64,000 nucleotides of DNA from the NCBI GenBank assembly GCA_017440275.1, contig JAFSHN010000027.1, forward strand, positions 2,618 through 66,617, given 5' to 3'. Positions 37,840 through 46,995 of the stretch are shown here, piece after piece (position 1 is the stretch's first letter; the number at the start of each line of letters is the position of its first letter). The notes under the pieces are model-generated. The model was not told where the DNA came from and did no database searches. It was given only the letters and a program-made list of their open reading frames with translations. The stretch is from Bacillota bacterium. Its GTDB lineage: Bacteria; Bacillota; Clostridia; Peptostreptococcales; Anaerovoracaceae. The position numbers and the translations under genes were made by a program.

Positions 37840-39597
37840 ATGGCTACGTTCCCGATTGAAAATGTAATATCCGCATGTATACCTTTACCTGTATGTATAA
37901 TAAACAAACAAGGAAAGGTTTTGTGTGCCAGCAATAAGATCAATGAGGTCTTTCTGTATGATCGAATTGTGGATGGTGATTTTTTTACGTTGACAGGCGT
38001 GAAGACTTTGGATCTTTATGATGCGGTAGAAACAAAGATTTTTCCTGTTATCGACAGAAATGATAAAAAGTTCAAGTTGGTTGCGCAGTTAGTTGACGAA
38101 AGCGAAGATTCAAATCTTGCAGTTTTTTTCAATGATGTAACCGCACTTGAAGATTTAAAGGACAAATATAGAAACGAAAGACTTTGTGTAGCTAAAATAG
38201 AAATAGATAATTTTGAAGAGCTTATGGATAATATGCCCGCTGACGAAAGTCTCTCTCTTTCCAATGAAATCGACAAGATTATAAGAAAGTGGGGCGAAAA
38301 GTCCAACGCCAGTGTAGTAAGAAACAGCAATGATACTTATATGCTTACATTTGAGTATCAGCACCTTGAAAAGTTAAAAGAATCCAAGTTCGAGCTTCTG
38401 GATGAGGTGAGAGACCTTGAGACAAATGCAGATTTTCCTGCCAGCCTGAGTATAGGTGTAGGCGTTGATGGCAAGACTCCAGCTGAAACTGCAGAGCTTG
38501 CTTCAGAGGCTCTTCAATTAGCATTAGGCAGAGGCGGTGACCAGGCCGTTGTCAAGCGTGACATGAAGATTGAGTATTTCGGCGGTACATTGCAGACTGT
38601 AGAAAAACGTAACAAAGGGAAATCAAGAATGGTTGGTCACGCGCTCAAACAGTTAATCAGCCAGTCAAAAAAGATTTTCGTTATGGGTCACGTTAATCCG
38701 GATATGGACTGTTTCGGTGCGGCTTTGGGTGTAGTACGAATTTGTTCCCTTTTTGATAATGATCCGTACATCGTTATAGATAATTATAAAGAGGCCCTGT
38801 CTATAGCATTCAAGGCTGCTAAAGACAGTGAAGATTACAAATTTGTTACAAGCGAAAAGGCGCTTTCCCTCGTGGATAAGGACAGTCTGGTTATTGTAGT
38901 TGATACTCATAGACCAAACATTGTTCAGTGTCCTGAACTTCTTGAAGTCTGCGACAGAGTTGTGGTTATAGACCATCACAGAAGAGTAGAAGACTTTATT
39001 GAAAATCCGATATTGGCTTATGTTGAAACTTATGCATCATCAACATGTGAGCTTGTTACGGAAATCCTGCAGTATGCAACAAATAAGAAATCTCTCACAA
39101 AGCTGGAGGCTGAAACTTTGCTTGCAGGTATAACTGTTGACACCAATGGATTTACCGTGAAAGCCGGCGTAAGAACCTTCGAAGCCGCAGCATGGCTGAG
39201 AAGACAAGGTGCAGATCCTACGGAAGTAAGCAGATTTTTCCAGGAAGATAAGGAAAGTTATATTATAAAAACAAAGACTCTTGCCGATGCAAGATTTTAT
39301 GACGAAGGCATAGCTGTTTCCGTATGCGAAACTCCGCATTCGGACGAACAGGTAATTTGTGCACAAGTAGCGAATAATCTGCTGACAGTAAGAGGCGTTA
39401 AAGCAAGTTTCGTGGCAGGGATAAACGGTGAAGGCAGAACTGTTGTCAGTGCACGTTCTCTGGGCAGTGTTAATGTTCAGACCATCATGGAAAAATTCAA
39501 TGGCGGAGGCCATTTGACTACGGCGGCGACTCAAACGGATACACCGCCTGAAGAAATAATAGAACAGATTTTAGACATTATGGAGGTTAAGAGATGA
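37840..39597 (+). CDS. DHH/DHHA1 phosphoesterase, GdpP-like (c-di-AMP phosphodiesterase family) without N-terminal TM helices
   Basis: DHH motifs (GHVNPDMDCFG, VVDTHRP, IDHHRR), DHHA1 GGGH, and a preceding degenerate GGDEF-like region. Position upstream of rplI-dnaB as for B. subtilis gdpP. Confidence 0.75.
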   Translation: MATFPIENVISACIPLPVCIINKQGKVLCASNKINEVFLYDRIVDGDFFTLTGVKTLDLYDAVETKIFPVIDRNDKKFKLVAQLVDESEDSNLAVFFNDVTALEDLKDKYRNERLCVAKIEIDNFEELMDNMPADESLSLSNEIDKIIRKWGEKSNASVVRNSNDTYMLTFEYQHLEKLKESKFELLDEVRDLETNADFPASLSIGVGVDGKTPAETAELASEALQLALGRGGDQAVVKRDMKIEYFGGTLQTVEKRNKGKSRMVGHALKQLISQSKKIFVMGHVNPDMDCFGAALGVVRICSLFDNDPYIVIDNYKEALSIAFKAAKDSEDYKFVTSEKALSLVDKDSLVIVVDTHRPNIVQCPELLEVCDRVVVIDHHRRVEDFIENPILAYVETYASSTCELVTEILQYATNKKSLTKLEAETLLAGITVDTNGFTVKAGVRTFEAAAWLRRQGADPTEVSRFFQEDKESYIIKTKTLADARFYDEGIAVSVCETPHSDEQVICAQVANNLLTVRGVKASFVAGINGEGRTVVSARSLGSVNVQTIMEKFNGGGHLTTAATQTDTPPEEIIEQILDIMEVKR

Positions 39598-40040
39598 TTG
39601 TCATTTTAAATAAAGACGTTAAGGGTACAGGCAAAGCAGGAGATGTAGTTAAAGTAAGCGATGGATACGCTAGAAATATGCTGATTCCTCGTGGCATGGC
39701 TACAGAAGCTACAGAAGGAAACATCAGAAGCCTTGAAAAACAGAAAAAAATTGCTGCAGATAAGAAGGCTGCAGAAAAAGCTGAAGCCCAGGCACAAGCA
39801 GAAAAAATCGGAGAAATTGCAGTTGTAATCAAGACAAAAGCAGGAGACGGCGGTAAGATTTTCGGTTCCATCACTTCTAAGGACATTGCGGATGCTTTAG
39901 CAAAGCAGCATAACATCACAGTTGATAAGAAAAAGATTCAACTGGGCAATCCTATCAAGATGACAGGAGAAATGTCAGTTGCAATCAAGTTGTATCCTGA
40001 AGTAAATGCTAACCTTAAAGTAGTAGTAGAGGCTGAATAA
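39594..40040 (+). CDS. rplI: 50S ribosomal protein L9
   Basis: MIVILNKDVKGTGKAGDVVKVSDGYARN... is the canonical L9 N-terminus. Confidence 0.95.
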   Translation: MIVILNKDVKGTGKAGDVVKVSDGYARNMLIPRGMATEATEGNIRSLEKQKKIAADKKAAEKAEAQAQAEKIGEIAVVIKTKAGDGGKIFGSITSKDIADALAKQHNITVDKKKIQLGNPIKMTGEMSVAIKLYPEVNANLKVVVEAE

Positions 40041-40042
40041 TT

Positions 40043-41356
40043 ATGGAAAGAATTCCTCCACATAATCTGGAAGCAGAACGCTCAGTCCTTGGAGCCTGCA
40101 TGCTCAGCAAAGACGCTTTGATGGATGTTTCAGAAGAAGTAAAAGCAGAAGACTTTTATAACGAAAGTCACAGAGAAATTTTCAAAGCGATTATGAATCT
40201 CTATCGCGATAATGTAGCAGTAGACTTGCTCACCGTTTGCGAAGAACTCAAGAGACAGAAGGCTCTTGATATGGTTGGAGGCAGAGCATATATAGGAAGT
40301 CTTACTGCGGGAGTTCCGTCTTTTGCCAACGCCGGAGAATACGCTAAGATTGTAGCTGAAAAAGCTATGACCAGACAGCTTATTCAAGCGGCGGAAGCCA
40401 TAGCCGCAAAGGGCTACGAAGATAAAGAACCTGCAAGAGATATGACCAATAAGGCAGAAGCTGAAATCTTCCAGATCGCACAGAGAAGACAGAAGAATGA
40501 TTATGCCAAGATTCAGGATGTTTTGCTTAAAAACATCAAGATGATAGACGAGGCAGAACAAAATAAAGGCGGTGTTGTAGGCCTGCCTACAGGATTCAAA
40601 TCCTTCGACGAAAAGACTGCCGGTCTGCATAAGTCAGACCTGATTATAGTGGCGGCCCGTCCCGGTATGGGAAAAACCGCTTTTGCTCTCAACATTGCAG
40701 CACAAAGCGCAGTGAAGGCTAACGCGTCAGTTCTCATTTTCAGTTTGGAAATGTCTCAGGAACAGCTGGGACAGCGTCTCATTGCAATGCAGGCAAGAGT
40801 CGAAGCTGAAAAGTTGAAAAAAGGCGAACTGGACCGCAAAGACTGGGATAGAATACATATGGCTTTGGACGAGCTTAACAAGACAAAGATTGTTATTGAT
40901 GATACTCCGGGCGTTTCCATTATGGAAATGAGAAACAAGTGCAGACGTCTCAAAGCTGAACAGGGTCTTGATCTTATCGTTGTAGACTATTTGCAGTTAA
41001 TGACTTATGACGGAAGAGCTGATTCCAGACAACAGGAAGTCAGTGCGTTGTCAAGACATCTTAAGTTACTGGCAAGAGAGATGGACTGCCCTGTTATTGT
41101 GCTTTCACAGCTTTCCCGTGCACCTGAACAGAGACAGGACAAGAGACCTATGCTCTCTGACTTGAGAGAATCAGGATCCATCGAACAGGATGCGGATATC
41201 GTTATTTTCATTTACAGAGATGATTACTATAATGAAAACACCGAAAAACCGGGAGTTTGTGAAATCCATCTGGCTAAGCACAGAAGCGGTGCTACTGACA
41301 GAATTGAACTGACTTGGGTTGCAAGATACACCAAGTTTAGCGATAAAGCGTTATAA
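40043..41356 (+). CDS. dnaB: replicative DNA helicase (DnaB family; DnaC in B. subtilis nomenclature)
   Basis: N-terminus PPHNLEAERSVLG, Walker A ARPGMGKTAF, LIVVDYLQLM, SGSIEQDAD. Confidence 0.95.
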   Translation: MERIPPHNLEAERSVLGACMLSKDALMDVSEEVKAEDFYNESHREIFKAIMNLYRDNVAVDLLTVCEELKRQKALDMVGGRAYIGSLTAGVPSFANAGEYAKIVAEKAMTRQLIQAAEAIAAKGYEDKEPARDMTNKAEAEIFQIAQRRQKNDYAKIQDVLLKNIKMIDEAEQNKGGVVGLPTGFKSFDEKTAGLHKSDLIIVAARPGMGKTAFALNIAAQSAVKANASVLIFSLEMSQEQLGQRLIAMQARVEAEKLKKGELDRKDWDRIHMALDELNKTKIVIDDTPGVSIMEMRNKCRRLKAEQGLDLIVVDYLQLMTYDGRADSRQQEVSALSRHLKLLAREMDCPVIVLSQLSRAPEQRQDKRPMLSDLRESGSIEQDADIVIFIYRDDYYNENTEKPGVCEIHLAKHRSGATDRIELTWVARYTKFSDKAL

Positions 41357-41384
41357 CTCATATTAACATTGCAGGAGGGAAGTT

Positions 41385-41573
41385 ATGATTACAAAGGAAA
41401 TGACCGTTTCTGAAGTTTTAGAAATGGGAGACTGCTATGAAAAAGTCTTTGAAAAATATCTGCTGACCTGCGCAGGTTGTCCGGGTGCAGCAATGGAAAA
41501 TCTTGAACAAGCAGCCAAGGGACACGGAGTGAATCTGGAGAAGCTTCTTGAAGATCTAAACAACGCAAAGTAA
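41385..41573 (+). CDS. DUF1858 / hybrid-cluster-associated redox disulfide domain protein
   Basis: 62 aa with a CAGCPGA motif and the overall pattern of DUF1858 proteins. Confidence 0.55.
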   Translation: MITKEMTVSEVLEMGDCYEKVFEKYLLTCAGCPGAAMENLEQAAKGHGVNLEKLLEDLNNAK

Positions 41574-41582
41574 GAGGGAAAA

Positions 41583-42863
41583 ATGAGTTTTACCAGAGAA
41601 AAGACTAAAGACTTTTACATGCTGACAACAGATGTAGAAAATATTTTTATAAATGAATATATGCCCATAGCTCCAGGCGAATATGTGAAGGTCTATTTGT
41701 ATGGATTGTTTTACAGTCAGACTGATATGGAATTGACGCATGAACAGATGGCCGGACAACTTAATCTGACTGAAGTTCAGGTTGAAGAAGCATGGGAGTT
41801 CTGGAGCCAGCTGGGACTTGTGGTGAAAACACAGAAAGGTATGGACTATGACATCGAGTTCAGACAACTGAGAAGTCTGATGTACGGTTCTCCTGAAGGA
41901 GAATCTCAGATTGTTGAAACCAGAGGTGAAGCTCCTGCGTCTGCCGAAAAAACCCAGAGTCTTTATGATGAAGAATTAAAAGATTTGGTCCTGGGAATAG
42001 AAGCTCTTCTCGGCAAGACTCTTTCACCAAAGGAAACCCGCGAAATATTTTTCTGGGTTGAAGAGGTTGGGGCTACACTCGATGTAATAAAAGGCGCTGT
42101 TGCTTATTGTATTGAAAAAGGCAAAACAGGAATCAATTATATGACGAAAGTCATAGAACAATGGACTTGTGATGGGCTTAAAACAGATGAAGATGTTAAG
42201 ACACGTTTGGAGGAAGCAGAACAGAGGTATTCCGATTACAAACAAATCCTTCAGACTTTAGGTCTTAACAGAGGCGTGACAAAAGCTGAAAAAGAGATGA
42301 TAGACAAGTGGTTCGATGAAATGAATTTCAATAGGGAAAGAGTTCTCGAAGCTTGTATCAAAGGTTCTTTTATATCCAATCCAAACCTTCGCTATGTGAA
42401 TGGAATCCTGGAAAAATGGTATGATGAGGCCAAGGCTTGCGGTCACAACGTAAATTGTAAATTATCAGTTACTCAAGCTGATTTAAATAAGTATTATGAA
42501 TTCTTAAGAAAGAAGGCAGAAGAAGATGCACAGGCCAGAAAGGCAGAAGTGTATCAGAAAATACCTCGTATAGAAGAGGTAGACAAAGAATTAATTGTGC
42601 TTGGAAAGAAATTGTCCAGAAGTCTGCTCGGCGGAGACAGCAAATCTTTAGCTGAAGAGAAAAGACTGATGAATCTCCTTGAAGAAGAGAGAGCAGTTCT
42701 TTTGACTGAGAATAATTTCTCGGAGGATTATACGGACATCAAATATTCTTGCAGTCAATGCAACGATACCGGTGTTTCAGAAGACGGCGGTCGCTGCGAA
42801 TGCACAAAGAAAAGGATAGGAGAGGCAGAATTATGGCAAAATTCATCTTTGGCAAAAAAATAA
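41583..42863 (+). CDS. DnaD/DnaB_2-domain replication protein with a loader-like C-terminal coiled-coil and zinc-ribbon extension
   Basis: The N-terminal ~290 aa carry DnaD-domain repeats (VIKGAVAYCIEKGKTGINYMTKVIEQW; VLEACIKGSF...LRYVNGILEKW). The C-terminus has YSCSQCNDTG...GGRCEC. No Walker A anywhere. Confidence 0.7.
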   Translation: MSFTREKTKDFYMLTTDVENIFINEYMPIAPGEYVKVYLYGLFYSQTDMELTHEQMAGQLNLTEVQVEEAWEFWSQLGLVVKTQKGMDYDIEFRQLRSLMYGSPEGESQIVETRGEAPASAEKTQSLYDEELKDLVLGIEALLGKTLSPKETREIFFWVEEVGATLDVIKGAVAYCIEKGKTGINYMTKVIEQWTCDGLKTDEDVKTRLEEAEQRYSDYKQILQTLGLNRGVTKAEKEMIDKWFDEMNFNRERVLEACIKGSFISNPNLRYVNGILEKWYDEAKACGHNVNCKLSVTQADLNKYYEFLRKKAEEDAQARKAEVYQKIPRIEEVDKELIVLGKKLSRSLLGGDSKSLAEEKRLMNLLEEERAVLLTENNFSEDYTDIKYSCSQCNDTGVSEDGGRCECTKKRIGEAELWQNSSLAKK

Positions 42864-44500
42864 AAGACCAGGATAACGCAGAAACACAAGCAGTTGCTGA
42901 AAACGTTACACCTAAAACTTCCAAAGAAAAGAGAGCCGAAGTTTTTGAAAAATTGGTAGCAATATCAGCAGCAGGAGTTGATGCCATCGACGAAACTGCA
43001 GATGAAGTAGGAGATATTTGCAAAGCCGGAGCAGAGTTTACCTTTGATATCGGTGCGGGAATTATAAAGTTCTTTGATATTATTGCGGATATTATACATT
43101 GGTTTGTGATCAAAGTTGCGGTTATAGGCGGCAGAAGATGGCATAAGTTCCTTTTGAAAATCAACGAATATAAGGGTATTCTTATAAAAGACGGTCTCAT
43201 TATAGTGGCTGCGTGTCTATGCTTAGCCGGAATTTTCGCTTGGGGAACAGATTACGAATATTCGTACAATGGACGAGTTTTGGGCTATGTAGAAGAGCAA
43301 AGCGATGTTGTGGATGTTCTTGATATTGTAAGTGAAGAACTTTCTCTGCAGTATAACTCAAATATTGTAATCGACCCTGAAACAGACATCGAATTTAGAC
43401 CTGTTGTTTCCTACGGAAAAGAATTGGATGATTCAGATACAGTACTGAGACGATTTACTTATATGACGGAAATCAATGCACAAGGGTATGCTATTATAGC
43501 TGACGGCGAAGTTGTTGCTATTGTAGAAACGGAAGAAATAGCAAACGATGTTCTTGATGCAATCAAGGCTCTTTATGTTGTTGACTCAAGTTCAGTAAAA
43601 TATGAATATATTGGATTTGCTGAAGAAATAAAGATTGAGCCATACGGAACATCTTTAAATAACATTTTAAGCTTATCAGGTGCGGTAAATAAGATTAAAG
43701 ACGGCGGACAGAAAGCTTCTGTTTATACAGTTGTGAATGGAGACACGCTATTCGGCATCTGTCAAAAACTGGGATTATCAATGAGTGAACTTAAGGCTAT
43801 GAATCCGGGATTATCAACAAATACTGTTTTACACGCAGGAGATAAGTTCAACACTACTCAGGCAATTCCTCTTATTACGGTAGAAACCATTGAAGTATCA
43901 ACTTTTGCTGAAAGTATTCCATACTCAACAGAATACAAGAGTTCAAGCAAGTACTATAGAGGCGATCAAGTTGTTTCAAGAAACGGAAAAGCCGGAAAAG
44001 CAAGTGTGACGGCAAGACTTACTAAGCAAAACGGTGTAACGATAGAAAGAGAAGATTTAAGCAGAGAAGTTATTATTCAGCCGGTAAATAAAATCATTAT
44101 AAAAGGCACTGCAGCTGAACCTCCAAAAAAAGGTACAGGACAATTTATCAGACCTGTAAATGTAGGTGTATATTATGGATACGGATGGCGATGGGGCAGA
44201 ATGCATTATGGTCTGGACTATGCAGCTCCAACAGGAACAAGAATTGTTGCGTCCGATGGCGGTACAGTAATACAATCCGGTTGGAACGGTAACTTCGGAT
44301 ATTCTATTACAATCAACCATGGTAATGGATTCACAACGTTATATGCACACTGTAGCAAACTATATGTATCTGTCGGCACAAAAGTATATAAAGGACAGGC
44401 TATTGCTGCGGTAGGTAATACAGGCCGAAGCACTGGTCCTCACTGCCACTTTGAAATCAAGATTAATGGTAAGAATGTAAATCCGTCATATTATCTATAA
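42833..44500 (+). CDS. M23 family peptidoglycan metalloendopeptidase with LysM and G5-like domains
   Basis: LysM (YTVVNGDTLFGICQKLGLSMSELKAMNPGL) and M23 motifs (HYGLDYAAPTGT, GNTGRSTGPHCHFE). ATG 42833 behind AGGAGAGG. 31-nt overlap with the upstream gene. Confidence 0.85.
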   Translation: MAKFIFGKKIKDQDNAETQAVAENVTPKTSKEKRAEVFEKLVAISAAGVDAIDETADEVGDICKAGAEFTFDIGAGIIKFFDIIADIIHWFVIKVAVIGGRRWHKFLLKINEYKGILIKDGLIIVAACLCLAGIFAWGTDYEYSYNGRVLGYVEEQSDVVDVLDIVSEELSLQYNSNIVIDPETDIEFRPVVSYGKELDDSDTVLRRFTYMTEINAQGYAIIADGEVVAIVETEEIANDVLDAIKALYVVDSSSVKYEYIGFAEEIKIEPYGTSLNNILSLSGAVNKIKDGGQKASVYTVVNGDTLFGICQKLGLSMSELKAMNPGLSTNTVLHAGDKFNTTQAIPLITVETIEVSTFAESIPYSTEYKSSSKYYRGDQVVSRNGKAGKASVTARLTKQNGVTIEREDLSREVIIQPVNKIIIKGTAAEPPKKGTGQFIRPVNVGVYYGYGWRWGRMHYGLDYAAPTGTRIVASDGGTVIQSGWNGNFGYSITINHGNGFTTLYAHCSKLYVSVGTKVYKGQAIAAVGNTGRSTGPHCHFEIKINGKNVNPSYYL

Positions 44501-44507
44501 AATGAAT

Positions 44508-44538
44508 ACAGGTCGGTTATAAACCGACCTGTTTTTCC
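44508..44538 (+). terminator. rho-independent terminator after the M23 gene
   Basis: ACAGGTCGGTT ata AACCGACCTGT followed by T5. Confidence 0.8.
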
Positions 44539-44574
44539 ATATATTCCATAAAAGAGTATAGGAGTGTGGAATAT

Positions 44575-44838
44575 ATGGAAAAGCAGAGTGTAACTTTAGA
44601 GAATCGTGAAAAAATGATAATCACCCAGGTGATTGATGTGGATGCTTTCGATGAAGAATCCCTTTGGGCAAATCTGCAAGAAGGAAGCATAGAAGTATCA
44701 GGACAAAACCTGAATATAGAAAAACTGGATTTAGAAGAAGGTATGTTGATTATAAAAGGTAAAATCAACTCCTTTGCTTTTATAGAAAAAAAGCACAAAG
44801 AAAAAGGGAAGTTTTTGAGAGTGTTTAAGAGGGCTTGA
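44575..44838 (+). CDS. yabP: sporulation protein YabP
   Basis: Pattern VTLENREKMIITQVIDVDAFDEESL...IEVSGQNLNIEKLDLEEGMLIIKGKI is typical of YabP. yabQ-divIC synteny. ATG 44575 lies 10 nt after AGGAG. Confidence 0.8.
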   Translation: MEKQSVTLENREKMIITQVIDVDAFDEESLWANLQEGSIEVSGQNLNIEKLDLEEGMLIIKGKINSFAFIEKKHKEKGKFLRVFKRA

Positions 44839-45134
44839 TAATGACTTCCTTAATTCAAAGCCAGGCAGCTACCATGATAGTTATGCTGTATTGCGGCATG
44901 ACCATTGCTATAGTATATGATGTTTTTACTCTGTTTTTAGACAGATTCCTTTTAGGAAAAAACGTTTTGAGAACCTTAATGAGATTGGGGTGCTATGTGG
45001 TAATTGCTTTTATCATAGGAGAATTCACAATGTTTTGCCAAAACGGCAAGTTGACGTTATATGAAATGTTATTTCTTGCCATAGGCCTTTTATTGTGGAG
45101 AAAAATCTTTTGTGATAAAATAGACACAAGGTGA
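44835..45134 (+). CDS. yabQ: spore cortex biosynthesis protein YabQ
   Basis: 99-aa multi-TM protein. Overlaps the yabP stop. Conserved yabP-yabQ-divIC order. Confidence 0.6.
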   Translation: MIMTSLIQSQAATMIVMLYCGMTIAIVYDVFTLFLDRFLLGKNVLRTLMRLGCYVVIAFIIGEFTMFCQNGKLTLYEMLFLAIGLLLWRKIFCDKIDTR

Positions 45135-45141
45135 GATATAA

Positions 45142-45588
45142 ATGAACAAAAAGGGAAAAAGGCTCCGTGAATTTGAAAAAAACAACAGAAAATTCAACGT
45201 AAGAACATTTGACAAAAGAAGACCTTCCCGCACAGAAGAAGAAAAGCCTCAAGAAGTAAAGTCAAGTGTCAAGGAGCAGCGAAAGAAGAAAAAAAGAGTA
45301 GTCTTAAATATTAAGAGGTTAGCACTCAGCGCGATGGTGGTTTTGTTCATCGTGTCTGTTGGTGTGTCAGGAGTTAAAATGATAAGGCTGCAGAGTGAAT
45401 ATAATGATTTGGTCGAAAGAAAAGAAAAATTGGAGCGACTGAAGGCAGAACTTACTGCTGAACTGGAATATGTGGATTCTGATGAGTACATTGAGCAGCA
45501 GGCGAGAAAAAGTCTGAGGCTGGTAATGGATAATGAAATTCTTTTCCTGTTGCCGGATGAAGACGATACAAAGAAGGATGAAAAATAG
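45142..45588 (+). CDS. divIC: septum formation initiator family protein (DivIC/FtsB)
   Basis: Basic N-terminus, a single TM (ALSAMVVLFIVSVGVSGV), then a coiled coil (LQSEYNDLVERKEKLERLKAEL). Confidence 0.65.
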   Translation: MNKKGKRLREFEKNNRKFNVRTFDKRRPSRTEEEKPQEVKSSVKEQRKKKKRVVLNIKRLALSAMVVLFIVSVGVSGVKMIRLQSEYNDLVERKEKLERLKAELTAELEYVDSDEYIEQQARKSLRLVMDNEILFLLPDEDDTKKDEK

Positions 45589-45589
45589 A

Positions 45590-46141
45590 ATGGACAAGCT
45601 TAAAATAAAAGAAGCCATAGTAGTTGAGGGACGAGATGACACAGCGGCAGTTCAAAAGGCTGTGGAAGCGTTGATTATAGAAACACATGGATACGGAATA
45701 AGCAAGAAAACCTGGGAACTCCTTGAAAAGGCAGATAAGGAAAAGGGACTTATCATTTTTACAGATCCGGATTATTCCGGTGAAGAAATACGAAGAAGGA
45801 TTACTGCAAAGTTCCCAAAGAGCAAACATGCGTATATGCCTAGAAAAAAGGCAACTAAAAAAGACGATATAGGTATTGAAAATGCTTCACCTGAATCAAT
45901 TTTGGAAGCACTGAGCAAAATCGCATATACAAAAGAAACCGGGGGAGATTCCTTCACTATGGCGGATATGGATGCTGCCGGACTTGTAGGGAATCCAAAG
46001 GCTAAAGAAAACAGAGAGTTTTTAGGCACAGAATTGGGCATCGGTTACGGCAACAGCAGTGCCTTTCTCAAAAAACTCAACCGTTTTGGAATAGATAAGC
46101 AGCGTTTTTGGGACGCAGTTAAGAAGATGAGGGAAGAATAA
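45590..46141 (+). CDS. rnmV: ribonuclease M5
   Basis: Toprim N-terminus IKEAIVVEGRDDTAAV and IIFTDPDYSGEEIR. Start moved to ATG 45590. Precedes rsmA as in Bacillus. Confidence 0.85.
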   Translation: MDKLKIKEAIVVEGRDDTAAVQKAVEALIIETHGYGISKKTWELLEKADKEKGLIIFTDPDYSGEEIRRRITAKFPKSKHAYMPRKKATKKDDIGIENASPESILEALSKIAYTKETGGDSFTMADMDAAGLVGNPKAKENREFLGTELGIGYGNSSAFLKKLNRFGIDKQRFWDAVKKMREE

Positions 46142-46995
46142 TGAAACTTTACGAACCATCAACTATAAGGGCAATAAGAGAAGAATTCGGATTCAAGTTT
46201 TCCAAGAGCCTCGGACAAAATTTCCTTACAGATAAAAACATAATAGATAAAATCGTTGACGGTGCACAAATCGGTCCTGATGATACAGTAATTGAAATCG
46301 GTCCCGGAATCGGTGTAATTACATCCGAGGCTGCAGAACTGGCAAAGCAGGTAATTGCCATTGAAATAGACAAATCTTTGATTCCGATTTTGGCAAAGAC
46401 TCTTGAAGAATATGACAATATAAAGGTTGTCAACGAAGATGTTCTTAAACTGGACATCAATAAACTGATAGAAGAGGAAGGCGCTGAAGGGGTAAAAATA
46501 ATGGGCAACCTTCCTTACTATATAACGACGCCTATCATTATGAAAATTCTTGAAGAAGAAGTGAAGGCGGACAGCATCACCATAATGATGCAAAAAGAAG
46601 TAGCTGACAGAATTAAAGCTTTGCCGGGAAGCAAGATTTACGGAGCCCTTTCTGTAGCAGTTCAATATTATTGTACAGTTGAAAAAGTCGCAGATGTTCC
46701 AAGAAGTGTTTTCGTTCCACAGCCAAATGTGGATTCAATAGTACTGAGACTCAATATACGAGACGAAAAACCTGTAGAGGTGCTTGACAGAAAACTGTTC
46801 TTCGATTGTGTAAAAGCGGGATTTGGACAGAGAAGAAAGACATTGCTCAATTCTCTTCAAGGAGTTAAAGGTGTGGACAAATCCATTGTCATTGAAAGTC
46901 TGGAAGCCGCCGGAATTGAGGCGAGCAGAAGGGCAGAAACCTTAACGATTGAAGAATTCGGCAAAATTTCCAATGAGGTGTATAAGAGATTATGA
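46141..46995 (+). CDS. rsmA: 16S rRNA (adenine1518/1519-N6)-dimethyltransferase
   Basis: KSLGQNFL, SAM motif VIEIGPGIGVIT, GNLPYYITTPI. Confidence 0.9.
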   Translation: MKLYEPSTIRAIREEFGFKFSKSLGQNFLTDKNIIDKIVDGAQIGPDDTVIEIGPGIGVITSEAAELAKQVIAIEIDKSLIPILAKTLEEYDNIKVVNEDVLKLDINKLIEEEGAEGVKIMGNLPYYITTPIIMKILEEEVKADSITIMMQKEVADRIKALPGSKIYGALSVAVQYYCTVEKVADVPRSVFVPQPNVDSIVLRLNIRDEKPVEVLDRKLFFDCVKAGFGQRRKTLLNSLQGVKGVDKSIVIESLEAAGIEASRRAETLTIEEFGKISNEVYKRL

